The notes: generated by a model from the sequence alone, not told the origin. Counted from the stretch's first letter, positions 1 through 10,498 are shown. The stretch: DNA of 64,000 bases from an uncultured delta proteobacterium (GCA_963822965.1 CAWGJT010000010.1:320001-384000), one strand, 5' to 3'. Translations and numbers: made by a program.

Positions 1-106
1 CTGCTCACTTCTGGCTCTCGCGGCCCCGCGGGCCCGCCTCGCCCTGGCCCTGCTGCACGTGGTCTCGTCTCCACGTGGTTCTCGTCGTCCGAACGGGAGT
101 GCAGCC

Positions 107-1201
107 TCACTGCATTCGCCAGAATAGCAGCTGGGGGGCGGTGATCTCTTTGCGGTCGACGACCGCCACCAGCGTCCGTTGGATCTCCCCCACCCGGGCG
201 CGCACCCGGACCGTGAAGGTGTCGGAGTCGTCCGGCAGCACCGCGGGCGGGAAGACGCTTCCCTCGCCGAGGTCCACCTCGGAGAGGCTCACGCACTCGT
301 GCTCGGGGGACGCCGTCGTACACACCAGGCGCCCCTCCTCCCGCACCTTGAGGATTCGCCCCACGGTGTCGGCGGTCAGGAGCCGGCGGTCCCCGCTGAC
401 GCCCGAGTAGACCAGGCCGAGGACGTGGGGCGGGGCGGTGTTGAGATCGATGCCCGGTGCGTCGACGATGGGATAGACCGTGACGTAGGGACGCAGCGCG
501 TCGACGAGCCGGCCGTCGAAGCCCTCCACGAGGCCGAGCTCGTCCACGGAGAGCAGCGGCCGGTTGGCGGCGTGATAGGGCGGATCCTGCGCCAGGTAGT
601 AGTCGTCCTCCCGGCCGCCCACCGTGCGCCACGGGTCGACGTCCATGTAGTCGATCAGGTTGCGGGCCAGCTCGCGCGGGTCGTAGAGCGCCCTCTCGGC
701 CGGTTCGATGGGCATCTCGTCGATGATCCGGGTGAGGATCTCCGTGAGGTACTGCTCGGCGTCCGGATCCGTCGGCTCCTCGGTACCCGTGTAGGGGACG
801 ATGGCGTTCAGGTTGAGGCGGTTGCCCGCGTCCCGGATCTCGATCCGGATGCGCCCGCCCTCGGGGTCGACGATGTCGTAGTCGCGCAGCTGGTTCCACA
901 CGTCGTCGGGGGTGTTGCCCGGGGTCAGACCGGGGGGCAGATCCACCCCGGTGGCCAGCAGGTTCTTGGTGAAGCGGTCGAAGACGAGCATGGCGGTGGC
1001 GAGCCGCAGGCCGCCGCGGGCCAGGGCGGCCGCCTTGGCGGCGTCGTCGCGGTTCCGGACGATCATCGTGTCGATCAACGCCCGCTTGCCGAACGTGACG
1101 AGGGACACCGAGAGCAGCAGGGCCAGCACCAGCACCAAGGCCAGCACCACGCCCCGCTCGCTCCGGCCCCGCGGCGCGGATCCGTTCGTCCATCGGGTCA
1201 T
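107..1201 (-). CDS. gspK: T2SS minor pseudopilin GspK
   Basis: ERG|VVLALVL prepilin-like N-terminus; RLNLN, DYMD, ELGLVEGF and LNTAP motifs; ATG at 1201 overlaps the gspJ stop. Confidence 0.9.
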   Translation of the reverse strand: MTRWTNGSAPRGRSERGVVLALVLVLALLLSVSLVTFGKRALIDTMIVRNRDDAAKAAALARGGLRLATAMLVFDRFTKNLLATGVDLPPGLTPGNTPDDVWNQLRDYDIVDPEGGRIRIEIRDAGNRLNLNAIVPYTGTEEPTDPDAEQYLTEILTRIIDEMPIEPAERALYDPRELARNLIDYMDVDPWRTVGGREDDYYLAQDPPYHAANRPLLSVDELGLVEGFDGRLVDALRPYVTVYPIVDAPGIDLNTAPPHVLGLVYSGVSGDRRLLTADTVGRILKVREEGRLVCTTASPEHECVSLSEVDLGEGSVFPPAVLPDDSDTFTVRVRARVGEIQRTLVAVVDRKEITAPQLLFWRMQ

Positions 1202-2166
1202 CGCTGGTTCCTCATCTGCTCGAGGAGGCCGGGATCGAAGCCCTCGGGCAGGTCGAGGTCGTCCACGTCGAGGCTGCCGCCGGCCTGGGTGCCGGCGCCG
1301 CCGGCGCCGTTCTGCGTGTTCTGCGTGTTCTGCCCGCTCTGCCGGTTCTGTCCGTTCTGCTGATCCTGCTGCTGCGCCTCGTCGGCCACGGCCTGGAGCA
1401 TCGCCGCGAGGTCGACGGGCTGCATGGGCAGGTTCACGCGGCGGACGAAGAGCCGATCCTCTTCGTCTGCGTCCCGGAAGTCTTCGGGCTCGTCGCGCGC
1501 TTCGTCCCCGGCCGGCACGAAGGAGATCTCGATCTCCGCCGCGCGGGGCAGCTGGCCGGACTGCTCGAGCAGGGAGGAGTCCCAGTCGTCCAGCCACTCT
1601 CCGTTCTCGTCGAGGAAGCGCATCCCGAAGGACTCGATGCGATTGGCGACGAGCATGAAGCGCTCGTCCTGGGCGGAAGGGAACTCCCGGTCGAGCCCCT
1701 CGGGCAGGCCGGGGGTGACGGCGCGGAGCAGCTCGTAGCCGGCTTCATCGTCGGCGGGATGCAGCAGGTAGGTGACCATCGCGAGGTCCGAGCCGTGGTC
1801 CAGGGGATTCTTCGGACGGTTGCTCCGGCTGGCGAACTTCACGCGGTCGGACGCGGAGTCGCCCTCGTCGCTCTCCGCGAGGAAGATCCACGGCTGCAGG
1901 TTGGGATCGACGTCCGGCGGCTTCGCCAGCAGGTACGCGCCCTCGAGGTCCCGGGCGATGCGGTCGAGCACCGCGAGCGCCAGCCGGCCGTCCCGGGCCT
2001 TGCGCTCGGCGGCGTCGGTGGAGTCGCTGAGCTGCACGAAGAACGCGATCGCGACCGTCATCACGACCGCGGTGAGGAAGACGGCGGCCAACACCTCGAT
2101 CAAGGTGAAGCCGTCGGCCGAGGGCGCCCCGCGCTCCGGGTCCCGAATGCGGCGGCGGGTCGTCAT
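1198..2166 (-). CDS. gspJ: T2SS pseudopilin GspJ with Q/N-rich C-terminal tail
   Basis: DG|FTLIEVL N-methylation motif; position between gspI and gspK; start trimmed to ATG 2166. Confidence 0.8.
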   Translation of the reverse strand: MTTRRRIRDPERGAPSADGFTLIEVLAAVFLTAVVMTVAIAFFVQLSDSTDAAERKARDGRLALAVLDRIARDLEGAYLLAKPPDVDPNLQPWIFLAESDEGDSASDRVKFASRSNRPKNPLDHGSDLAMVTYLLHPADDEAGYELLRAVTPGLPEGLDREFPSAQDERFMLVANRIESFGMRFLDENGEWLDDWDSSLLEQSGQLPRAAEIEISFVPAGDEARDEPEDFRDADEEDRLFVRRVNLPMQPVDLAAMLQAVADEAQQQDQQNGQNRQSGQNTQNTQNGAGGAGTQAGGSLDVDDLDLPEGFDPGLLEQMRNQR

Positions 2167-2741
2167 GGGTTGCTTCCGGGCGCGGTCGCGGCGTCGGTCC
2201 CGTCGTCCGGGACGTCCTCCCCGGCGGGCTGGTTCGGGGTCGCCCCGAGCTGCTCGTAGAGGCGTCCGCTGTCCCACGCATACGTGAAGCGTGTGACCTC
2301 CTCCTCGACGGCGCCCTCGATCCAGCTGACGCGCACCCGCACGGTGTGGAGATCGGTGGCCAGGTTCGCCAGGTCGCCCGCGAGCAGCTCGGCCAGCCCC
2401 TCGTCGGGGGCTGCGCCGTCCAACCCGGTGAGGGGCAGCAGCTCCACGCGCACCAGGAACTGGCCCTCCTCGGACTCGTCCCCGGCCTCCGAGGGGAACT
2501 CGCCGTCCTCCATGCCGAGCTCGACGTCCGCCAGCACCTGGTCGGCCAGCAGGGAGGCGCGGATGCGACGCTCGTTCTCGCCCTCGTAGCGCAGGCCCTG
2601 AATCGCGAAGCTCGCGAACACCGCGTACAGGATCCCGAGGATCGCCACCGCGGCGAGCACCTCGAGCAGGGTGAAGGCCCGGGTGCGGCACGGGGGAGGC
2701 GACGCGGTCGAGCGCCGCGCGGCTTCAGTCCTGCTCTTCAT
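2163..2741 (-). CDS. gspI: T2SS pseudopilin GspI
   Basis: RA|FTLLEVL motif; VRVRVSW strand; operon order. Confidence 0.78.
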   Translation of the reverse strand: MKSRTEAARRSTASPPPCRTRAFTLLEVLAAVAILGILYAVFASFAIQGLRYEGENERRIRASLLADQVLADVELGMEDGEFPSEAGDESEEGQFLVRVELLPLTGLDGAAPDEGLAELLAGDLANLATDLHTVRVRVSWIEGAVEEEVTRFTYAWDSGRLYEQLGATPNQPAGEDVPDDGTDAATAPGSNP

Positions 2742-3357
2742 GGATCCGGACCACCTCGAACAGGGGCGCCACGTCCAGGTCGATGCTGCGGAGGTCCGGG
2801 TCCGAGATCACGATCTGCACGGCGTCGCTCGAGCCGTCCCAGTCGAAGACCACGTAGGTCTCTCCGCTCTCGATCCAGCCCTCGGGCGTGTCCACGCCCT
2901 CGAAGAAGTAGCCCTTCTCGAGCGACTCCACGTGCCCGAGCTTGCTGGGAATCGGGTAGTAGTCGGCGTCGTCCTCGACGGGAGCCGAGAGATCGAGGAC
3001 GCCGTCGGGCGGCGGCGGCTCCGGCGTTTCCCCCTCTTCGCCGAACGCCTGGGCCTCGTCGACCAGCCAGTCGATCCAGAAGCGGCCACCCTCGAGGTCG
3101 AGCACCACCCGATGCGGCTTGCCGGTGACCACGGCCCGCTGGCGCGCCAGCTCCAGGCTGGCGGCGACCCGGTCGGCCTGCTTTCGCAGGGCGCGGCCAC
3201 CGCCGGCGCCGAGGGCCGGCAGGAGCAGGCTCATCATCAGGCCGAGGATCAGCACGACGGCCATGACCTCGATGAGCGTGAAGGCACGGCGCCGCTCCGA
3301 CGGGGGAGCGAGGGGCCGGCCCGGCGTCCGGTCGTGGCTACTCGCTCTCAGTGTCAC
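2725..3357 (-). CDS. gspH: T2SS pseudopilin GspH
   Basis: RA|FTLIEVM motif; LELARQRAV; VFDWDGSS; GTG start at 3357 is approximate. Confidence 0.78.
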   Translation of the reverse strand: MTLRASSHDRTPGRPLAPPSERRRAFTLIEVMAVVLILGLMMSLLLPALGAGGGRALRKQADRVAASLELARQRAVVTGKPHRVVLDLEGGRFWIDWLVDEAQAFGEEGETPEPPPPDGVLDLSAPVEDDADYYPIPSKLGHVESLEKGYFFEGVDTPEGWIESGETYVVFDWDGSSDAVQIVISDPDLRSIDLDVAPLFEVVRIHEEQD

Positions 3358-3940
3358 TCCAGTTGCCGATTTCCCCGTTGAGGCCCGTGCCGCCGGGAGC
3401 GCCGTCGGCTCCCTGGGACCACACGTCGAAGGTGTGCTCGTTGTGCTGTCCGGGGCTCTGGTAGAGGAAGGGCTGGTCCCACGGGTCGACGAGCCCGTCC
3501 CTGTTCTTGAGATAGCCGCCGGGGGGATAGCTCCGCGCACCCGGCGGGGCCTCGATCAGGGCCTTCAGGCCCTCCTCGGTGCTCGGGTAGCGGGAGTTGT
3601 CCATGCGGTAGAACTCGAGGGCGTTCTCGATCTGCTTGATCTGGATCCTCGCCGTGGCCATGCGCGCCTCGTCCACCCGACCGAAGACGGTGACCCCCAC
3701 GATGCCCATGAGCAGCCCCATGATGATCACCACCGCCATGATCTCGATCAGGGTGAAGCCATCGGTGCGGCGCGCAGCCCCGACGCGCCCGTGCGGGGAC
3801 CCGAGCCGGGCCTCGCTTCGGCCGCGCTGCTGCGGGTCGTTCCGATCGAGGGAGAGCCGATCCGCGGTGCTCCGGTCCGGGGTGCTCTGATCCAGGGTGC
3901 TCTGATCCGGGGTGCTCTGATCCAGGGAAGGGAAAGCCAT
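3338..3940 (-). CDS. gspG: T2SS major pseudopilin GspG with a long repeat-containing leader
   Basis: DG|FTLIEIM; YRMDNSRYPSTEEGLKAL; DPW; SQGADG; GGAG RBS before ATG 3940. Confidence 0.93.
   Translation of the reverse strand: MAFPSLDQSTPDQSTLDQSTPDRSTADRLSLDRNDPQQRGRSEARLGSPHGRVGAARRTDGFTLIEIMAVVIIMGLLMGIVGVTVFGRVDEARMATARIQIKQIENALEFYRMDNSRYPSTEEGLKALIEAPPGARSYPPGGYLKNRDGLVDPWDQPFLYQSPGQHNEHTFDVWSQGADGAPGGTGLNGEIGNWSDTESE
3866..3925. repeat. 15-bp tandem repeat x4 encoding D(Q/R)ST(P/L/A) in the GspG leader
   Basis: ggtgctctgatcc(a/g)g-type units at 3866, 3881, 3896 and 3911. Confidence 0.85.
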
Positions 3941-3972
3941 GATGTTTCTCCGTCGGCCCGGCCGCATGCGGC

Positions 3973-5217
3973 TCAGCCCAGTGTGTTCGTGATCTGGAGC
4001 AGGGGCATCAGCGTCGCGAGGATGATCACGAGGACGATGCCGACCATCACCAGGATGAGCAACGGCTCGATCAGGGACGTCAGCTTCGCGATCGTCGACT
4101 CGACCTGCTCGTCGTAGGTGTTGGCGACCTTGTCCAGCATCGCCTCGAGCTCTCCACTGCGCTCCCCCACCTCGATCATGGTGGTCACCATCGGCGGGAA
4201 CTCGCCGCTGGCCCGCAGCGGCCGGGCCAACGAGGTGCCCTCGAGGACCGCCGTCCGCGCGTCCTCGATCGCGGACGACAACACCTGGTTGTTCGCCACG
4301 AAGCGGGCGATGTCCAGGGACTTGACGATGCCGACGCCCGCGGCGAGCAGGGTGGCCAGGGTGCGGCTGAAGCGCGCGATCGCCACGACGCGCACGATGC
4401 GTCCGACCACGGGCATGCGCAGCAGGGTGCGGTCGTACCAGAGCCGCCCGCCCTCGGTTCGGAGCGTCGCCTGGAAGCCGAAGTAGCCGGCGGCGGCGGC
4501 GATGGCCATCGCCCACCACCAGCTGCGCGCGAAGGCCGAGCCGGTGATCACCCATTCGGTGTAGAAGGGGAGGTCCTGGTCCAGGGACTCCAGCAGGCCG
4601 GTGATCTGGGGCAGCACCCAGGTCACGAGGGCCACCACCACCAGCGCCGTGAACGCCAACATGAACGCGGGGTACATCAGAATCGACCCGATCTTGCCCG
4701 CGAGTCGCACCTGCTCCTCCAGGTAGTCCGAGATGCGCAGGAGCACGGGGTCGAGGCTGCCGCTCGCCTCCCCGGCGCGAATCATGCTGACGTAGAGGTT
4801 GTCGAACTCGCCGGCGTCCTCGAGCGCGTCGGCCAGGGACGAGCCCTCGTTGACGCGATCGCGCACCTGGGCCATCACGGCCTTGAGGTAGGGATGCTCG
4901 ATCTGTTGCACGAGCGCGCCCATCGCCTCGACCAGGGGAATGCCGGCCCCGACCAGGGTGGCCAGCTGGCGCGTGGCGACGGCCCGTTCGAGACCCGGAA
5001 TGCGGCGCCCGAACCGGATCGGGACGTTGAACGAGAAGCGGTGCCCGGCGTCCTCGCCGGTACGCGCGACGGCCTGCGACGAGGCCTCCCCGATGTCGGT
5101 CAGGAAGATGCCGTCCTGCCGCATCTTCACCCGGGCGGCGCGCAGGCTGTCCGCACTGACCTGCCCGCGGGTCGATCTGCCCGCCGCGGTGACCCCTTTG
5201 TATGCATAGACCGGCAA
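3973..5217 (-). CDS. gspF: T2SS inner membrane protein GspF
   Basis: MPVYAYKG start (TTG); QLATLVGAGIPL; MIRAGEASG; GERSGEL; IEPLLI. Confidence 0.95.
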   Translation of the reverse strand: MPVYAYKGVTAAGRSTRGQVSADSLRAARVKMRQDGIFLTDIGEASSQAVARTGEDAGHRFSFNVPIRFGRRIPGLERAVATRQLATLVGAGIPLVEAMGALVQQIEHPYLKAVMAQVRDRVNEGSSLADALEDAGEFDNLYVSMIRAGEASGSLDPVLLRISDYLEEQVRLAGKIGSILMYPAFMLAFTALVVVALVTWVLPQITGLLESLDQDLPFYTEWVITGSAFARSWWWAMAIAAAAGYFGFQATLRTEGGRLWYDRTLLRMPVVGRIVRVVAIARFSRTLATLLAAGVGIVKSLDIARFVANNQVLSSAIEDARTAVLEGTSLARPLRASGEFPPMVTTMIEVGERSGELEAMLDKVANTYDEQVESTIAKLTSLIEPLLILVMVGIVLVIILATLMPLLQITNTLG

Positions 5218-5346
5218 GAATCTCTCGCTCCTGGGCCTCGCCTCGAGGCCGTTCCGGGCCGGGTGCGTCGAAGTGTGACACTGAGCGTCGGACCGGGTTC
5301 CCGCCGCCGCGTTTCGGGGCCGGCGGGGATGCCGGAGTCCCCGGCG

Positions 5347-7095
5347 CTAGATCTGGGCGATGGACCCCTCTTCCTCGGTGGCGCGGATGACCTCGGCGAC
5401 CGACGTGATGCCGCGCAGCACCTTGCGGGCGCCGTCCACCCGCAGGGTTCCCATGCCCTTGCCGACGGCCGCCTTCTTGATGGTCTTCGAGTCGATGTTC
5501 TTGGAGACCATGGAGCGGATCTCGTCGTCGATCATCATCAGCTCGAAGATGCCCATGCGGCCGCGGTAGCCCGTGTAGTTGCACGCGGCGCAGCCCACCG
5601 CCTTGTAGAGCGTGACGTCCCGGTCCGGCGGCTTGACGCCGATCTCCTGCAGCTCCTCGGGCGCGGTGACGTAGGCCTCCCGACAGTCGGTGCAGAGCAC
5701 CCGGACCAGACGCTGGGCGAGCACGGCCACCAGGGACGAGCCCACCAGGAATGGCTCGACCCCCATGTCCACGAGCCGCGTGATGGCGCTGGGCGCGTCG
5801 TTCGTGTGCAGGGTCGAGAGCACCAGGTGGCCCGTGAGGGACGCCTGGATGGCGATCTCGGCGGTCTCCAGGTCGCGGATCTCCCCCACCAGGATGACGT
5901 TCGGGTCCTGCCGCAGGATGGAGCGCAGCCCCTCGGCGAAGGTGAGCCCGACCTTCGTGTTCACCTCGATCTGTCCGATCCCGGGCTGCTGGATCTCGAC
6001 CGGGTTCTCGATGGTGAGGATGTTCTTGTCGGGCTGGTTGATGGTGGCCAGCGCCGCGTGCAGGGTCGTCGTCTTGCCGCTGCCCGTGGGACCCGTCACC
6101 AGGAAGATCCCGTTCGGTCGCCGCACGATGCGGGCCAGGGCCTTCAGCTGGGCCTCGCTGAAGCCCACCTTCTCGAGGTCGAGCAGGTCCTGGGAATCGG
6201 GCAGGAGGCGCATCACCAGGCGCTCGCCGAAGGCCACCGGCACGGTCGAGAGGCGGACGTCGTAGTCCTTGCCGGCGATCTTGAGCCGGATGCGGCCGTC
6301 CTGCGGATGGCGCTTCTCGGCGATGTCGAGGTTGCCCATGATCTTGATACGGGACGCGATGCTGGCCTGCAGTCCGCGGGGCAGGGGCTTCATCGGCTCG
6401 TAGAGCACGTCGTCGATCCGGAAGCGGACCCGGATCTCCTTCTCGAAGGGCTCGATGTGGATGTCGCTGGCCCGCTCCTTGACGGCATGCTGCAGCAGCG
6501 AGTTCACGAGACGGATGATTGGCGCGTCGTCCGTCGCCTCCAGCAGGTCCTTCGGCTCGGGGATGTCGAGCTCCAGGGAGTCGAGATCGCCGCTCGCCTC
6601 CTCGGCCAGCTGGTCGGTGGCGGCGTGGCCGCGGTCGTAGACGGAGTTGATCGCTTGCAGGATGAGCCGCTCGCTCGCGAGCTCGATGCGCAGATCGGCA
6701 CCGTCGAAGAGCAGGCGCAGGTCGTCGATGGGCGCCGTGTCCAGGGGGTTCGCGGAGACGATGCGCACCTCGTCGTCGGCGGTGCGACCCACCGCGATGA
6801 GCGTGTGCTGCTTGGCGAAGCCGATCGGCAGCCGCAGTGCCGTCGCCTCGTCGATCCCCTCGACGGGCAGGTCGTCGAGAAGGGTCAGGCCGAGCTGCTC
6901 CGCGAGTGCGCGACGCAGCTCGTCCGCGTTGATCAGCCCCTCCTCGAGGAGGATCTCGGAGAGGGATTCCTGGCTCTCCAGCTGCCGCTCGCGCGCGCGC
7001 GCGAGCTGCTCCGGCTCGAGTCGGGTGGTGCGCAGGAGCGCCGTGCCGAGGTCGAGAGCCTCGAGGGTCGACGGGGTGGGGGCTGCCTGGCTCAC
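5347..7095 (-). CDS. gspE: T2SS ATPase GspE
   Basis: ASDIHIEP; Walker A GPTGSGKTT; LRQDP; GEIRD; STLHTND; CxxC pairs. Confidence 0.95.
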   Translation of the reverse strand: MSQAAPTPSTLEALDLGTALLRTTRLEPEQLARARERQLESQESLSEILLEEGLINADELRRALAEQLGLTLLDDLPVEGIDEATALRLPIGFAKQHTLIAVGRTADDEVRIVSANPLDTAPIDDLRLLFDGADLRIELASERLILQAINSVYDRGHAATDQLAEEASGDLDSLELDIPEPKDLLEATDDAPIIRLVNSLLQHAVKERASDIHIEPFEKEIRVRFRIDDVLYEPMKPLPRGLQASIASRIKIMGNLDIAEKRHPQDGRIRLKIAGKDYDVRLSTVPVAFGERLVMRLLPDSQDLLDLEKVGFSEAQLKALARIVRRPNGIFLVTGPTGSGKTTTLHAALATINQPDKNILTIENPVEIQQPGIGQIEVNTKVGLTFAEGLRSILRQDPNVILVGEIRDLETAEIAIQASLTGHLVLSTLHTNDAPSAITRLVDMGVEPFLVGSSLVAVLAQRLVRVLCTDCREAYVTAPEELQEIGVKPPDRDVTLYKAVGCAACNYTGYRGRMGIFELMMIDDEIRSMVSKNIDSKTIKKAAVGKGMGTLRVDGARKVLRGITSVAEVIRATEEEGSIAQI

Positions 7096-9596
7096 GGTTG
7101 CTCTTCCGTATCGTAGGTGTCGAGCTCGGTCTGCTGCGAGCCCCGGTCGGGTGCCTCCTCGGCGCTGGAATCGCCGCGCCGCAGCATCACGCCCGTGCTG
7201 AGCCCGAAGGCCTCGCTCAGCACTTCCGCCGCGTTCTCCGCCCGGCGGAGGGTGTCGTAGGGGCCGATGCGCAGCTCGAAGACCACCACGCCGTCGGCCT
7301 CGGTGGCGACGAGGGTGCCGTCGTAGCCCCGGTCGAGCAGGATGGTGAGCTTCTCGGCGGCGACGTCCTCGTCGTGGAAGACGCCGGCGGTCACGATGTA
7401 CTGGTCGGGGTGGGCGCGGGCCTCGATCTCGGCCTTGCGCGCGGCACGCTCCTCCTGACGCTCCTGCTCGATCTCGCGCATGCGGGAGAGCGGATAGCGG
7501 CGCGCCTGCTCCCGTAGGACTGCCTTGGCGGGGTTGCGGCTGAGGCTCGCCCCACTCGCCGCCCCGCTGGCGAGGTAGCCCTTGCCGAGCCGTTCCTCGA
7601 ACTGACGCCGCTTGCGGATCGACTCGAACTCCATGTCGGCGGGGCTGCGCACGATGTGGGGCGTGAGGAAGATCAGCAGGTTGATCTTCTCCAGGCTCCT
7701 CGTCCTCGTCTTGAAGAGCCAGCCGAGCGCCGGGATGTCGCCCAGGTACGGCGTCTTCTGGACCTCGTCGTCGTACTTCTCGCTGAGCAGGCCGCCGATG
7801 ACGACGGTCTGGCCGTCCGCCACCACCAGGGTGTTCTCGATGTTGCGCTTGGCCAGGGTGACGCCCACCTCCTCCACGTTGCCCGCCGCCGACGCCACGA
7901 CGTTGGTGTTCTCCTGGAAGATCTTGAGGCGCAAGGTGTCGCCTTCGCTGATCTGGGGCGTGACCCGCAGGTTCACGCCCACGTCCTGGCGCTCCACCGC
8001 GACCGAGGTGGTCTGCCCCGAGATGTTGCCGGTCGCCGTGTTGATGCGGTTCGTGATGATCGGGATGTTCTGGCCGATCTGGATCTCCGCCTCCTCGTTG
8101 TCCGAGGTCAGCAGGTGGGGAGCCGCCACGATGTTGGTGTTGCCGTCGTTCTGGGCGGCGTTGAGGATCGCCTGGATCGTCGTGTCGCCGCTCTCGTAGT
8201 AGAAGTTCGTGACGAAGTTGCGCGCGGTGGTCGCCGCCAGACCGGGCACGCCGAAGGGGGCGCCGCCCGCCGCGCTGGCGATCACCAGGTTGAAGGCCTT
8301 GTTGAGCTCGAGCCCGAGCTGCATGCCGAAGGTGTTCCCCTCGGTGACGTTCACCTCCATGATGAGCGCCTCGACGAGCACCTGGGGCCGCTCGATGTCG
8401 AGCTGCTCGATCACCTCGCGCAGGGTGTCGTAGGCTTCCTTGCTGGCCTGGATGACCAGGGAGTTCGTGGCCGGATCCGCGTTGAGCTGGATGCCCTCGG
8501 CGAGGGCGGTGACCGCGGCCCGGATGGCCTGGGGCTGGGCGGCGCCCGCCTGCCCGCGACCCGTCGTGCGGCCCGCCTGGGCCTGGCCCGTCAGCAGCCC
8601 CTGCAGGGTCTGGGCGAGCTCCTCCGCGTCCGCGTGCTTGAGGTAGTAGACGCGGATGCGGCCCTGCCCCTCGACGGGGACGTCGAGCGTCCGGATCAGC
8701 TCGCGGATGTCGTCGAGCTGGCTGCGCGACGCCAGCAGGATGAGCGAGTTCGTGCGCTCGTCGGTGATGATGCGGATCTTGCCCCGGGACGCCGGCTCGA
8801 CGGTGGGGGCGGGGGTCCGCGTGCGCCGACTCGAGCGGGCGCGGCGGGCCGCCGTCGCGCTCGTCGCCGCGGAGCTCGAGACGTCGGCGCCGTAGATCTC
8901 CGAGATCTGGTCGCCCAGGGTGGACGCGTCGGCGTGCTCCACCTTGATGACGGCGAACTCCTCCTTGAAGGTCTCGATGTCGATCGCCTCGAGGATGGTC
9001 AGCAGCCGCCGGATGTTCGTGGCGGTGTCGGTCAGGATGATCGTGTTCGTGGGCCCGTAGGCGACCATCGAGGCGTCCTTCGACACCAGCGGCTTGATGG
9101 TGTTCGTGATCGCCTCGGCGTCGATGTACTGCAGCGGGATGAGCCGCGTCACGAAATGGTCGCGCTTGGGGCTGGGTCGGTCGTCCTGGACGATCTCGGT
9201 GTTCGACTCCTTGGCCTCCCGCACGGGGATGATCTGCAGCACGCCCGCGGGGCCGTCGATGACCGTGAAGCCCTTCACCTTCAGGACGGACTCGAAGACC
9301 GCGTAGGCCTGCTCGAGGCTGACGGGGGAGGGCGACACGATCGTCACCTTGCCCCGCACCTTGTCGTCGTAGATGAAGTTCTTGCCCGTGGTGCGGGCGA
9401 TCATCTCGATCACCACGGCCAGGTCCACGTCCTTGAAGTCCAGGTGGACCGTCTCTTCCTTGTCGTTGCCGGTCTGCTGCTGGCCCCGGGGCGACGGCGC
9501 GGTGGCGCGCCGCTGGGCGCTGGCGGAGACGGCGGCGAGCAAGAGCACGCCCACCACGGCCAGCACCGCCAGGCGATGCGAACGGCGGCGGCTCAC
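7092..9596 (-). CDS. gspD: T2SS secretin GspD with C-terminal SPOR-like domain
   Basis: Signal peptide; N0 (LDFKDVDL, GKNFIYD); N1-N3; QVLVEALIMEV; PYLGDIPALGWLF; C-terminal YIVTAGVF...LRIGPY. Confidence 0.93.
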   Translation of the reverse strand: MSRRRSHRLAVLAVVGVLLLAAVSASAQRRATAPSPRGQQQTGNDKEETVHLDFKDVDLAVVIEMIARTTGKNFIYDDKVRGKVTIVSPSPVSLEQAYAVFESVLKVKGFTVIDGPAGVLQIIPVREAKESNTEIVQDDRPSPKRDHFVTRLIPLQYIDAEAITNTIKPLVSKDASMVAYGPTNTIILTDTATNIRRLLTILEAIDIETFKEEFAVIKVEHADASTLGDQISEIYGADVSSSAATSATAARRARSSRRTRTPAPTVEPASRGKIRIITDERTNSLILLASRSQLDDIRELIRTLDVPVEGQGRIRVYYLKHADAEELAQTLQGLLTGQAQAGRTTGRGQAGAAQPQAIRAAVTALAEGIQLNADPATNSLVIQASKEAYDTLREVIEQLDIERPQVLVEALIMEVNVTEGNTFGMQLGLELNKAFNLVIASAAGGAPFGVPGLAATTARNFVTNFYYESGDTTIQAILNAAQNDGNTNIVAAPHLLTSDNEEAEIQIGQNIPIITNRINTATGNISGQTTSVAVERQDVGVNLRVTPQISEGDTLRLKIFQENTNVVASAAGNVEEVGVTLAKRNIENTLVVADGQTVVIGGLLSEKYDDEVQKTPYLGDIPALGWLFKTRTRSLEKINLLIFLTPHIVRSPADMEFESIRKRRQFEERLGKGYLASGAASGASLSRNPAKAVLREQARRYPLSRMREIEQERQEERAARKAEIEARAHPDQYIVTAGVFHDEDVAAEKLTILLDRGYDGTLVATEADGVVVFELRIGPYDTLRRAENAAEVLSEAFGLSTGVMLRRGDSSAEEAPDRGSQQTELDTYDTEEQP

Positions 9597-10498
9597 TGAT
9601 CGTTCTCCAGCAGGCCGGGCAGCTCGTCCGGGCCGACGGTCAGGACCGTGCCGTCGAGGGTCTTGATGTTGATCTCGTCCGCCTCGACGAACTGGCTGAG
9701 CACGCGGGCGCCCGCCGCCGCGCTGTCCAGGTCCACCCCGTTGAAGGACGTGATGACGTCTCCGGCCTTGAGGCCCACCTTCTCGTATAGGCTGCCCGGC
9801 TCGATCTCCTGCAGCTCCATGCCGATCATCTGTCCGTCTTCCCAGTGGGGGATGATCTTGGCCTGGTTGAAGAGGCTGCGGGCGTCCCGACCCTCGTTCT
9901 GGTCGAGCTGCAGGGCGCGCAGCCGCTCGGTGAGCGGGGTGGGCTCGGGCCGCCGGGAGGCCACGCTGCGCCGGCTGGCGCGACGCGCCGCCGTGCGCAG
10001 CGGGGGCGGAGGCGGAGCGGTCCCTTCCTCGTCCAGCAGCAGCTCCTCCCGCTGGTTGCCGTTCTGCAGGATCACCCGCCGGCGCTCGATGCGGACCAGC
10101 CGGGCCTGGGGATGCTTCGCGAACGGATCCCCCTCGTGCAGGACCTCGGGGTCGCGGCCGGCGCTGTCGGCGATCGCCGCCTTGGAGTGCTCGCGGATGG
10201 ACGAGACCTGGGTGCCCAGCAGCTTGAGCGGCAGCTTCGTGGCCTCGAGGTCCTCCTGGGGAACGGGCGCGGGCTCGGCGGAAGCGAAGATCTGGGCTCC
10301 GAAGAGGTTCCGCTCCAGGATGGGCGTGCGCTCCGACCAGCTGCGCTGGACCACGGGAGCGGGCTCGACCCCCGAGGCGAACGACGAGGGACCCGGCATC
10401 AGCAGGTCGGCGCTCACGTCGTTCACGACGCTGGCGACCTGGAAGCAGCAGAGCGTAAACAGCGCGACATTGGCGATGCGGATTCCCAATCGACCCAT
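9593..10498 (-). CDS. gspC: T2SS GspC with PDZ domain
   Basis: N-terminal [28 protein letters not shown]; first gene of the operon. Confidence 0.85.
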   Translation of the reverse strand: MGRLGIRIANVALFTLCCFQVASVVNDVSADLLMPGPSSFASGVEPAPVVQRSWSERTPILERNLFGAQIFASAEPAPVPQEDLEATKLPLKLLGTQVSSIREHSKAAIADSAGRDPEVLHEGDPFAKHPQARLVRIERRRVILQNGNQREELLLDEEGTAPPPPPLRTAARRASRRSVASRRPEPTPLTERLRALQLDQNEGRDARSLFNQAKIIPHWEDGQMIGMELQEIEPGSLYEKVGLKAGDVITSFNGVDLDSAAAGARVLSQFVEADEINIKTLDGTVLTVGPDELPGLLENDQ

